NCBI GenBank assembly: GCA_963696385.1
Contig: CAVOKF010000004.1
Location: 128,001 to 192,000 of the forward strand
DNA length: 64,000 nucleotides
Reading direction: 5' to 3'
Source of the DNA: an uncultured delta proteobacterium
GTDB lineage: Bacteria; Myxococcota_A; Polyangia; Polyangiales; Polyangiaceae
The notes beneath the pieces were generated by a model. It searched no databases and was not told the origin of the DNA. It saw nothing but the letters and a program-made list of their open reading frames with translations. Position numbers and translations under genes: made by a program. How positions within the stretch are numbered: position 1 is the stretch's first letter; every line of letters begins with the position of its first letter. Shown piece by piece: positions 49,519-58,774 of this stretch.

Positions 49519-51612
49519 GTGAGAATTCCGCGCGGATTCGCATACGCGGGCGTCAATTGCGGCATCAAGGCGGCCCGCAGGGACCTGGCGCTCGTCTATA
49601 GCGAGGTGCCCTGTTCGGCGGCGGGCTGCTTTACCGTGAGCGCAGCGCGTGCAGCGCCCGTGCGCGACGCCGCATCGCGCCTGCCGGCCTCGAACATTCG
49701 TGCCATCGTGGCGAACAGCGGCAATGCCAATGCCCTGGTCGGATCCGCCGGCGAAGGGGACGCTCGCGCGGTACGCGAGGCCGTTGCACGGGCAATCGGC
49801 GTAGGGCCCGAGACGGTCCTCAGCGCGTCGACAGGCCTCATTGGGGTACGGTTGCCGGTGCAAAAGCTGGTGCTTGCGGCGCCAAGTCTTGCGGCCGCAA
49901 AGGGACCGGCGATCGAACTCGCCGCTCAGGCGATCCACACGACCGACACCCGCGTGAAACTAGCGAGTCGCAGTTTGAACATCGGGGGCGTCGATGCCAC
50001 GTTCGCGGCGTTCGCCAAGGGCAGCGGCATGATCGCCCCCGAACTCGCCACCGTGCTCGCGTTCATTACGACGGACCTGGCGGTCGAACCGGAGGCGCTG
50101 CAGTCCGCGCTCGCAAGTGCCATGCGGACGAGCTTCGAGATGATCACGGTCGATGGGGACATGAGTACCAACGACGCCATCTTCGCCCTGGCCAATGGGC
50201 TCTCAGGCAATGTGCGCGTTCAACGAGGAACGCCCGAATACGCGGCGCTCGCCGATACGATCGAGGGGCTCTGCATCGATTTGGCGCGCGAGATTGCGGA
50301 GGACGGCGATGGTGCCACCAAGCTCATCGAGGTGCGCGTCGGCGGAACCCCCAACGCGGAGATGGCGCGGGAGCTCGTGCGCGCCGTCGCTGGCTCGAAC
50401 CTGGTGAAAGCTTCCGTCTTCGGAGCCGATCCAAACTGGGGTCGAGTCCTGATGGCCGTCGGCGGGCGGGTCGGGTCGCGCGGCTGGCCAATCGATCCGA
50501 ATTTGGCGACCGTGCACGTCCAGGGGGTCTGCGTCTATGAGGGCGGGGCTCCGGCCGGCGTCGATGCGCTGGCGCTCCGGGCCAAGATGCGCGAGCCGGT
50601 CGTGACGATCGACGTTCAATTGGCCGAAGGCAACGCCCAAGCCAAGGGCTGGGGGTGCGACCTCAGCTACGACTACGTCAAGATCAATGCCGACTACACG
50701 AGCCTAACGCACGCGTCAGCCGATGGAACGGTGGCGCGCGACGACCGGCTAACGAACTACAGCCCCGGTTTCAAGCGCGCGCTGCTGGTCGAGGCGCTCA
50801 GCTACATCGCACGCTTCACCAACAAGCGGGCCGTGGTGAAGTACGGCGGCGCCGCCATGGTGAAGGACTCGCTCAAAGCGAGCTTCGCCAACGACATCAA
50901 TCTTTTGCGCACGGCGGGGCTCTTGCCGATCGTCGTCCACGGTGGGGGCCCGGAGATCACGCAAACGCTCGAGGCGCTCGGTATGGGCAAGAGCGAATTC
51001 GTCGATGGAATGCGCGTCACGGGACGCGACGACGTCAAGGTCGTCGAGATGGTGCTGACCGGCAAGATCAATACGGAGCTCGTGTCCCTGCTCAACCAGT
51101 CGAGCGCACATGCCGTGGGCGTATCCGGCAAGGATGCCGGCCTCTTGCGCGCGCGCAAGCTTTTGGGCGAAGGGGGCCGAGACCTGGGCATGGTGGGGGA
51201 AATCACCCACGTGAATCATGAGTTGCTCGAGGTGCTGCTGGACCGGAAGTACGTCCCGGTTGTCTCGCCGGTCGGGCTGGGCGAAGACGGCGAAGGGTAC
51301 AACATCAACGGCGACGCCGCGGCGGCCGAGATCGCCATCGCTCTCAAGGCGGAGAAGTTGATTTATCTGACGGACGTGGCCGGAATTCTCGAGAATGGGG
51401 AGCTGATCAGCGAGATCTCCGCCACCGAGCTTCGCAGAAAGATCGCCGATGGGACCGTGTACGGAGGCATGGTCGCCAAGGCCAGGAGCATACTGCGCGC
51501 GATCGAGGGCGGTGTCGCCAGCGTGCACATTTTGGACGGCCGCGCGCCGCATTCCGTGATCGCGGAGCTCTTCACGGATCGTGGCGTAGGGACGCTCGTG
51601 CACGGCGACTGA
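49519..51612 (+). CDS. argJ: ArgJ (ornithine acetyltransferase) fused to ArgB (acetylglutamate kinase)
   Basis: NSGNANA, KGSGMIAP..AT, DGDMSTND, WGCDLSYDYVKINADY; then VVKYGG, VHGGGP, NINGD, GGMVAK. Confidence 0.95.
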   Translation: MRIPRGFAYAGVNCGIKAARRDLALVYSEVPCSAAGCFTVSAARAAPVRDAASRLPASNIRAIVANSGNANALVGSAGEGDARAVREAVARAIGVGPETVLSASTGLIGVRLPVQKLVLAAPSLAAAKGPAIELAAQAIHTTDTRVKLASRSLNIGGVDATFAAFAKGSGMIAPELATVLAFITTDLAVEPEALQSALASAMRTSFEMITVDGDMSTNDAIFALANGLSGNVRVQRGTPEYAALADTIEGLCIDLAREIAEDGDGATKLIEVRVGGTPNAEMARELVRAVAGSNLVKASVFGADPNWGRVLMAVGGRVGSRGWPIDPNLATVHVQGVCVYEGGAPAGVDALALRAKMREPVVTIDVQLAEGNAQAKGWGCDLSYDYVKINADYTSLTHASADGTVARDDRLTNYSPGFKRALLVEALSYIARFTNKRAVVKYGGAAMVKDSLKASFANDINLLRTAGLLPIVVHGGGPEITQTLEALGMGKSEFVDGMRVTGRDDVKVVEMVLTGKINTELVSLLNQSSAHAVGVSGKDAGLLRARKLLGEGGRDLGMVGEITHVNHELLEVLLDRKYVPVVSPVGLGEDGEGYNINGDAAAAEIAIALKAEKLIYLTDVAGILENGELISEISATELRRKIADGTVYGGMVAKARSILRAIEGGVASVHILDGRAPHSVIAELFTDRGVGTLVHGD

Positions 51613-51629
51613 CCGCAACCGGTTGGCGA

Positions 51630-52973
51630 CTAACGAATTTCTTCCCCGCCTTCGAGCAGCAGCAGCTCCCCGACCGAGCTCGAACCCACCCCGAGAACCC
51701 GACCCAAGTGCCGCAGGAGCTCACGGTTGTCGAGGACGCCGAGCGACTGCATCTCGAGCGCCCCGATGCGATCCTCCGGGGTAAACGAGCTCGCGGTCTT
51801 CTCCATCGAAAGCTTGTCGGGCTCGTACGCGCTACGCGCCGCCTGCGTGTCGAGGATGGTGTAGTCGTCGCCTCGTCGCAGCTCGATGCTCACGGTACCG
51901 GTCACCGCCGGCGCCACCCACCGCGTGAGCGCCTCCTTGAGCATGCACGCTTCGGGGTCGAACCAGCGTCCCTCGTAAAGCAGCCGGCCGAGCCGCCGTC
52001 CGAGCGTGAAGTACAAATCCGTGGTGTTCTCGTTGTGCACGGCGCTCAGCAGTCGTTCAAACGTGACGTGCAAGAGCGCCATGCCGGGCGCCTCGTACAC
52101 ACCGCGACTCTTGGCGTCGATGACGCGGTTTTCGATTTGATCGCTCATCCCGAGCCCGTGCCGGCCACCGGCGGCGTTGAGGGCGCGAAAGCCCGCGACG
52201 CTGGAGGCGAACCGCTCGCCGTTCAAGGCCACAGGGATCCCCCGATCGAGTTCCACGGTCAACTCTTCCGCGTCCACGCGATCGCTGCCGCGCCAATGAG
52301 CGACGCCCATGATGGGATCGACGAGCTTCATGCTGCGATCGAGCCGCTCCAGATCTTTGGCTTCGTGAGTTGCCCCAAGCAGGTTCGCGTCGGTCGAGTA
52401 GGCCCTTTCCGTGGCCATGGTGTACGGCAAACCCATCGAAGCGAGATAGGCGCTCATTTCCCTCCTTCCGCCGAACGCGTCGACGAATGCCCGATCGAGC
52501 CAAGGCTTGTAAATTTCGAGCGACGGATTGACCAGGACCCCGTATCGAAAGAAGCGCTGGATATCGTTTCCCTTGTGCGTACTGCCGTCTGAAAAGATCT
52601 GCACACCGTCTTCGCGCATCGCTCGAATGATCGCGGTGGTCGTCACGGCGCGTCCGAGGGGGGTCGTGTTGAAATACTTCTTGCCGCCCGTCGAGAGGTG
52701 GAACGCCCCGCATTGGATGGCGACCAATCCCTCCCGCACCAAGGCGTCGCGGCAATCGACCAGACGGGCGCTCGTGGCTCCATGTTTGGTGGCGATCGGG
52801 GGAATGTCGGATACGTTCGCTTCGTCGGGCTGGGCGAGGTCCGCCGTGTACGCGTAGACCTGCAGACCTTGGCGCGACATCCATGCGACGGCGCAGCGCG
52901 TGTCCAGACCGCCCGAAAATGCAATGCCGATACGGGTGCCCTCTGGGGGGAGCTTGCGATGGATCCGGCTCAT
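51630..52973 (-). CDS. argG: Argininosuccinate synthase (long, type 2 form)
   Basis: [57 protein letters not shown]. Confidence 0.96.
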   Translation of the reverse strand: MSRIHRKLPPEGTRIGIAFSGGLDTRCAVAWMSRQGLQVYAYTADLAQPDEANVSDIPPIATKHGATSARLVDCRDALVREGLVAIQCGAFHLSTGGKKYFNTTPLGRAVTTTAIIRAMREDGVQIFSDGSTHKGNDIQRFFRYGVLVNPSLEIYKPWLDRAFVDAFGGRREMSAYLASMGLPYTMATERAYSTDANLLGATHEAKDLERLDRSMKLVDPIMGVAHWRGSDRVDAEELTVELDRGIPVALNGERFASSVAGFRALNAAGGRHGLGMSDQIENRVIDAKSRGVYEAPGMALLHVTFERLLSAVHNENTTDLYFTLGRRLGRLLYEGRWFDPEACMLKEALTRWVAPAVTGTVSIELRRGDDYTILDTQAARSAYEPDKLSMEKTASSFTPEDRIGALEMQSLGVLDNRELLRHLGRVLGVGSSSVGELLLLEGGEEIR

Positions 52974-53061
52974 AAGGCGTCAGATACACGCGGCGAGCCG
53001 GAAGCGGTAGCTGGATGGTGAGCCACTGGCGCCCGATCCACGAAGGCACTAAACGCCTGCC

Positions 53062-54522
53062 ATGGCTGGCATCGCTCGCACGAGCGCCACCGGTGCGGGC
53101 GGCATGCTTCCGGCGCTCTTGGAATGGTCCTCGTCGTTCGAAAGCGACAGGACATTGATCCGAGAGGATCTCTTGGGCAGCGCTGCACACGTGACGATGC
53201 TCGCGCGGACCGGCATCCTGGCGGCGGCCGACGCTTTCACACTCCGCGACGCTCTGCGCGCCATGTACGCGGAAGCGAGCGAGGACCGCCTGGCGCTGCC
53301 GCCCGGCGAGGAAGACGTGCACATGGCGGTCGAGGCCGAGCTCGGCAGGCGGGTCGGATCGGTCGCGGGGCGGCTGCATACCGCTCGGTCGCGCAACGAT
53401 CAGGTCGCGCTCGACTTGCGTTTGCACGTCCGCGATCAAGCCGCGGGCCTTACGCGCGAGCTGGCGGCTTTGGTCGCCGCGCTCGCCGAACGAGCCTCGC
53501 AGGAGGGCGCTATTTTGATGCCAGCGTATACGCACCGGCAGCGCGCTCAACCGATTAGCGGCGCATTCCTCTTGGCTTCGTGGGCGGTGGGACTCGCGCG
53601 AGCGGCGGAAACGCTGGTGTACACACTCGATCAGCTGGAAATGCCTCTGGGCTCCGGGGCGTGCTCCGGAACGTCGCTCCCGATTGACCGCGCGTTCGTG
53701 GCTCGCCTGTTTGCCCCTTGGCAGCCGACGCGAAACGCTTTGCACACGGTCGGCGACCGGGACTTCGCTCTCGACTGGACCTGGGCGGCAGCACGGGTGG
53801 TTCTGGCGCTGGGCCGCGTGGCCACCGACGTGGTTGATTTCGCCACGCACGAATTCGCACTTGTACGGCTCGATGGCACGATCGCCGCCGGCTCGAGCAT
53901 GATGCCGCAAAAGAAAAATCCCGATGTCTTCGAGCTCGTTCGCGGCAAGGGCGCGCGCGCGACAGGCAACGTGGTCGCGATGCTCACGCTCATGAAAGGT
54001 CTTTGCAGCGGATACAATCGCGATCAGCAGGAGGATCGGCTTCCGCTGCTGGAAGCCGGACCGCTGGCACGCGGATGCGCGCACGTCATCGCCCTGGCAC
54101 TTCCCCACGTCCGATTCGACAGCGAGCGCGGACGCCGAGCCATTGACGATGGGTTCACGCAGGCGACCGATCTCGCCGAGGCGCTCGTGCGGCGTGGCGT
54201 TCCGTTCCGGGAGGCGTACAAGGCGGTCGGCGAACTGGTCCGTATCGCGATCGATGCAGGGGTCGCCCTGCGCGCCATCGACCCGCACCGGGCACGGGAG
54301 GTCCACCCCGCGTTCGATGCCGCCTCGCTCGCCGTGCTCGATCCGAAGGCTGCGACGGCCGCCAAGGAGAGCGACGGCGGGACGGGGCCGCGCGCCGTCG
54401 AGTCGCAGATCGCTTGGCTTCGGGAGCGCGCCCGTGCGCTCGTGACCAAGGCAGACGCCCACGGTTCGCTCGATGAGCTGGCAAAGCGCGTCTTCGCCGA
54501 GCCGTTGGGGAGCATGCCATGA
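53062..54522 (+). CDS. argH: Argininosuccinate lyase
   Basis: EDVHM, HTARSRNDQV, MPAYTH, GSSMMPQKKNPD. Confidence 0.97.
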   Translation: MAGIARTSATGAGGMLPALLEWSSSFESDRTLIREDLLGSAAHVTMLARTGILAAADAFTLRDALRAMYAEASEDRLALPPGEEDVHMAVEAELGRRVGSVAGRLHTARSRNDQVALDLRLHVRDQAAGLTRELAALVAALAERASQEGAILMPAYTHRQRAQPISGAFLLASWAVGLARAAETLVYTLDQLEMPLGSGACSGTSLPIDRAFVARLFAPWQPTRNALHTVGDRDFALDWTWAAARVVLALGRVATDVVDFATHEFALVRLDGTIAAGSSMMPQKKNPDVFELVRGKGARATGNVVAMLTLMKGLCSGYNRDQQEDRLPLLEAGPLARGCAHVIALALPHVRFDSERGRRAIDDGFTQATDLAEALVRRGVPFREAYKAVGELVRIAIDAGVALRAIDPHRAREVHPAFDAASLAVLDPKAATAAKESDGGTGPRAVESQIAWLRERARALVTKADAHGSLDELAKRVFAEPLGSMP

Positions 54523-55445
54523 AGGCGGCCAAGCGCGATTTTTTGAGTTTGAGCGATCTTTCGGCGGCAGAGATTCGCGATGTCCTCACGATCGCCGCCG
54601 CGTTGAAGCGTGAGCCAAAGGGGGCGCGAACTCAAATGTTCGCGGGTCGGGCCGTCGCGGTCGTCCTGGAGAAGGCGAGCACGCGGACGCGGGTCTCGTT
54701 CGAGGTTGGCTGCGCCCAGCTTGGGCTCCACCCGGTGGTGCTCGGAGTCCAAGGCAGCCAGCTCGGCCGGGGCGAGCCCATTCGTGACACGGCGCGGGTG
54801 CTCGCACGGTATTGCGACGCCATTGTCTTCCGGACCTCGGAACACGCGCGGCTGGCCGAGATGGCGACCGCCGACGTGCCGGTGATTAACGCTTTGTCGA
54901 ACGACGGCCATCCGCTCCAGGTCCTGTGCGACATTTTCACGATAGAGGAGCATCTGGGCCGCGTCGCCGACTTGCGCGTCGCGTTCGTCGGTGATTGTGG
55001 ATGCAACATGGCTCGCTCGTGGCTTGAGGCCGCCCCCCTCTTCGGGTTCGAATTGGTGCTCGCTGGGCCTCGGGAATATTCGCCCCCCGCCGAAGAGCTG
55101 GCGCGCGCCGGAACCTTCGTCAAACGGATCTACGAGCCCTCTCGGGCCGTCGCGGGATGCGCCGTAGTCAACACGGACGTCTGGACGAGCATGGGCCAAG
55201 AGGCCGAAACGGACGAGAGGACAGAGGCTTTTGCCGGCTGGACCGTAAACGACGAGATGCTAAAGGCGGCGGCGCCCAAGGCGATCGTGCTGCATTGCCT
55301 GCCCGCACATCGGGGCGAAGAGATCGACGAGGCGACTCTGGAGGGCCCGCGTTCACGCGTCTGGGATCAGGCGGAAAACCGTCTGCACGTGCAGAAGGCG
55401 TTGCTCGTCTGGTTGCTCGGCGCGGCTTCGAAGGTGGCTGGCTGA
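54519..55445 (+). CDS. argF: Ornithine carbamoyltransferase
   Basis: STRTRVSF, HPLQ, TDVWTSMG, HCLPAHRG, QAENRLH. Confidence 0.97.
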   Translation: MKAAKRDFLSLSDLSAAEIRDVLTIAAALKREPKGARTQMFAGRAVAVVLEKASTRTRVSFEVGCAQLGLHPVVLGVQGSQLGRGEPIRDTARVLARYCDAIVFRTSEHARLAEMATADVPVINALSNDGHPLQVLCDIFTIEEHLGRVADLRVAFVGDCGCNMARSWLEAAPLFGFELVLAGPREYSPPAEELARAGTFVKRIYEPSRAVAGCAVVNTDVWTSMGQEAETDERTEAFAGWTVNDEMLKAAAPKAIVLHCLPAHRGEEIDEATLEGPRSRVWDQAENRLHVQKALLVWLLGAASKVAG

Positions 55446-56353
55446 CACGCACCCGCTTCGCTCCTTCGCCGACGGGCGATCTTCACTTGGGCAGCGCGTG
55501 GACGGCGCTCGCGTCTTGGGTCGTCGCCCGCCGCGCATCGGGTACCTGCGTGCTGCGCTTCGAAAACCTCGACACGTCGCGCGTCGTCGCGGGCGCGTAC
55601 GCGCGCATCCAGGATGATCTGCGTTGGCTGGGCCTCGACTGGGACGGGGACCCTGTGCACCAGAGCGAGCGTGTGGATCTGTATCGGCGGACGGTCGAAC
55701 AGCTCGCCGCAGCCGGCTGGGTCTATCCCTGCGACTGCTCACGGGCGGAAATCGCACGCGCGCCGAGTGCGCCTCACCCGGGAGAGGAGTCGGTGTACCC
55801 AGGCTTGTGCCGTGATCGCGACCCGAATCGGGCGATGAAGCGGCCCCCAGCCCTGCGACTTCGCATCCCCGAGACGGCCGTCGTTTCGTTCGAGGACGGC
55901 ATTGCGGGACAGGTCACCCAAAGACTGTCGCAAGAAGTCGGCGATTTCGTGCTCCGGAGAGGCGACGGGGTATTTGCCTACCAGATCGCGGTCGTTGTCG
56001 ATGACTTGGCGATGGGAATCACCGACGTCGTTCGCGCAGCCGACCTCGTAGCGTCGACCCCGCGCCAGATCTGGCTCGCTCAGCTGCTTGGCGCACGCCC
56101 GCCACGGTACGTTCACGTTCCGCTCGTGGTCACGCGCGAAGGTGCGCGACTCGAAAAGAGGACGCGAGGAATCACGATCCGGGAGTTGCGCGAGTCGGGA
56201 GTCCGTGCGGAGCGGATCGTCGGCTCCATGGCCTACGGGCTGGGACTCGCGGACACCGATCGGCCCGCAACGGCGAGCGAGGTGGCGCGCTCGACTGCGG
56301 AGCGGGCAATCGAATGGCGGGGGCGCCCATGGCCCGTTCCGGAGCACTGGTGA
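55442..56353 (+). CDS. gluQ: tRNA glutamyl-Q(34) synthetase (GluQ-RS)
   Basis: RFAPSPTGDLHLG, YPCDCSR, YPGLCR, GDFVL.R.DG, VVDD; no anticodon-binding domain; likely CTG start. Confidence 0.9.
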   Translation: MTRTRFAPSPTGDLHLGSAWTALASWVVARRASGTCVLRFENLDTSRVVAGAYARIQDDLRWLGLDWDGDPVHQSERVDLYRRTVEQLAAAGWVYPCDCSRAEIARAPSAPHPGEESVYPGLCRDRDPNRAMKRPPALRLRIPETAVVSFEDGIAGQVTQRLSQEVGDFVLRRGDGVFAYQIAVVVDDLAMGITDVVRAADLVASTPRQIWLAQLLGARPPRYVHVPLVVTREGARLEKRTRGITIRELRESGVRAERIVGSMAYGLGLADTDRPATASEVARSTAERAIEWRGRPWPVPEHW

Positions 56354-56462
56354 AGAGCCCCCGTCACGGCCGCCGTTACATCGCCGATTCCGGCGCCGGG
56401 CACGGCGAACCCCGTGCGGTCGTCATTCCGGCGCGGCGCTCGGAGTTTGCGTGAGGCTGTGC

Positions 56463-57368
56463 TTACCGCGAATCGCACGCCGCTCGAATCTTGGGCGACA
56501 CGCGGATGGGATCGAGCGTGACGCTCGGGTCGTTGGCGCGCCAGGCCGCACACGCGGCAACGGCGGCGGGGTGGGCATCGATGGCCGCGTAGGCCTCGAG
56601 CAGCGCACGCTGAACCACCGCCAGTTGGGGGTGCGTCAACGAGCCGCTTCCGAGGATCCTGTTTCCACGCGCCAGGACTTCGACGTACCGGCCATAGCGG
56701 ACGTCGGCCAAAAGCTGGGGCAACTCGGCGTCGGTCCGTTGCTGCTGCGCGAGCACCATTCCGCCGCTCGGCCCGTCCCACTCAGCGGCCATGCGGGCCT
56801 CGCTTTTTCCCTCGTTGGTCAACTTGAGTCGGGGCAACGGGATCAGGACGACTTCGCCCCGCTTCACGAATATCCCCTCGCGCCGGTTGTAGGGATCCAA
56901 CTCCCAGCCGCGGTTTGGATCTCCCCAAAAGCGCGAAGCGATCGAATTGACCGTCTCTCCATCTCCTGCGATGTACGTCACCACCGCCGGGATCTCGACC
57001 TCCTGACCTTCTACCGGGGGCACCCACGGCACGCTGCGGTTCGCCCTGGCGAGCAAGTCGGCGCGCGCGATGTCGTTGGTCCCAAGCCAAGACAACGCCA
57101 GATCGGCCCACGTTTCGCCGTGCACGACGGTCTGGTGCCCGGGTGCCGGAACCTCCAGCCGCATGCCAGGCACGATCACGGTGCCCCCCTGCACGTCGAG
57201 AGCGTTCGCGCCCACAAGAACGGTCTCGAACTTCGAATCGCCGTACACGCGGCCCGCGATCTGAGCAAGCGTCTCTCCAGGCTTGACGATGTGCGCGAAG
57301 GCGCCCGCTCTACCGGTGGCAAAAAGGACCAACGCCGCGATGCCGGCGCAGACCATCGTCCGATTCAT
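56463..57368 (-). CDS. Secreted LysM-repeat protein
   Basis: Signal peptide; HIVKPGETLAQIA, TVVHGETWADLA and YIAGDGETVNSIA repeats; helical C-terminus. Confidence 0.85.
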   Translation of the reverse strand: MNRTMVCAGIAALVLFATGRAGAFAHIVKPGETLAQIAGRVYGDSKFETVLVGANALDVQGGTVIVPGMRLEVPAPGHQTVVHGETWADLALSWLGTNDIARADLLARANRSVPWVPPVEGQEVEIPAVVTYIAGDGETVNSIASRFWGDPNRGWELDPYNRREGIFVKRGEVVLIPLPRLKLTNEGKSEARMAAEWDGPSGGMVLAQQQRTDAELPQLLADVRYGRYVEVLARGNRILGSGSLTHPQLAVVQRALLEAYAAIDAHPAAVAACAAWRANDPSVTLDPIRVSPKIRAACDSR

Positions 57369-58771
57369 CGTTTTTTCTCCTTGTCGATCCCTTGGGGGGA
57401 CGCCTCGAGTTCGTCGCGCGGACCGAGCTCCGGGACGGCCATCACGACGTCGATCAACCGTGTCTCGCCCGGTGCGACGGAGATCGTGCGTTTTTCCGCA
57501 GGTGCACGCGGGTGCAAGAACGTGACGTAGTGAGTACCGGCCGCAAGGGGGATCGAGCGGGCGAAGGGCGTCACGTCGACCCGCTGTCCGTCAATCCATA
57601 CCTCGGCCCAGGGGGTCGCCAGCACGCGGACGTAGCCGGGCGATGAGGCCATGAGTTCAAGCGGCATGACCCCATCCGCGTCGCCGCGGCGGCGAGCCGT
57701 GGCCTGCAGGAGACCGCCGCCGAGCAACGCCGTCGCCCCCAGCACAGCCAGGCCTGCAACCGCGTGGGACGTCCGCGACCGCCGGCGCAGCGGGGCGGCC
57801 GTCGTGGAGGGCAGGTCGGAGGGTCGGACCAGCCCGGCGTCTTCGAGCGCGCGGATCACCAGTGGGTCACCCCGCAGTCCGGCATGGGAGCTCGACAGCT
57901 TTTCGAGCTCCGCGGCAAGCGCATCGGCCGTCTGAAAGCGATTCGCCGGGAGTTTCTGGATGGTCCGCATCACGATCCGCTCGAGCGCGGCCGGCACCTC
58001 GGGTGCTCGGCGATGCAAGGGGATCGGTGGATCGCGACGAATGCGATGAGCCGCGGGCCGGGCGTCGGTCTCGTCCCCGCGTTCGAAAGGACGGGAGCCG
58101 CAAATCAGCTGGTACAGAACCACCCCGAGCGAAAATAGGTCGCTCCGCGCGTCGACGTTTTCGCCGAGAATTTGCTCCGGAGACATGTAAGCGGGCGTTC
58201 CGAACGATGCCATGTCTCCGAGTCGTACCGCATCGAGCGCGATCGGCTCGGCCGGGGCGCGAGCCCCCTGGGCGATTCCGAAATCGAAGACTTTGATCTC
58301 GCCCCGTTGGCTCGCGACAATGTTGGCGGGCTTGATGTCTCGATGCACGATGCCATTGGCATGAGCGTGCGCAAGCCCTCGCGCCACCGCAGCGCCGATG
58401 GCCGCGACGGAGTCCGCAGACACGGTCGGTTTTCTCTTCAGCAGCGTGGCGAGACTAAAGCCGTCGACGAACTCGAGCACCAAGTACGTCCGCGCCTCGC
58501 TCTTGGAGAACGCGTAGAGAAGCGCGATGTTCGGATGGCACAGTTCCGCGAGAATGCACGCTTCACGCTCGAGCTGCTGCGCGACCGGCGAGTTCCAGGC
58601 AATCGTATTTCTCAGAACTTTGAGCGCCACCTTGCGCCCGAGCGGTTCTTCGATGGCCGCGTAGATGGACGAAATGGTTCCGGAGCCGAGCTCCTCGAGA
58701 ATGCGGAAGCCTTCGATGCCCGGCAGCTCCGCCACGGTTACGCCCTGGATCGTCGAAGCGGTCGCGCGCAA
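57365..58771 (-). CDS. Membrane Ser/Thr protein kinase with a C-terminal PEGA-like domain
   Basis: VALKVL, HRDIKPAN, DFGIA, GTPAYMSPEQ; TM; PWAEVWIDG...TP...LAAGTH. Confidence 0.93.
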   Translation of the reverse strand: MRATASTIQGVTVAELPGIEGFRILEELGSGTISSIYAAIEEPLGRKVALKVLRNTIAWNSPVAQQLEREACILAELCHPNIALLYAFSKSEARTYLVLEFVDGFSLATLLKRKPTVSADSVAAIGAAVARGLAHAHANGIVHRDIKPANIVASQRGEIKVFDFGIAQGARAPAEPIALDAVRLGDMASFGTPAYMSPEQILGENVDARSDLFSLGVVLYQLICGSRPFERGDETDARPAAHRIRRDPPIPLHRRAPEVPAALERIVMRTIQKLPANRFQTADALAAELEKLSSSHAGLRGDPLVIRALEDAGLVRPSDLPSTTAAPLRRRSRTSHAVAGLAVLGATALLGGGLLQATARRRGDADGVMPLELMASSPGYVRVLATPWAEVWIDGQRVDVTPFARSIPLAAGTHYVTFLHPRAPAEKRTISVAPGETRLIDVVMAVPELGPRDELEASPQGIDKEKKR

Positions 58772-58774
58772 ACG

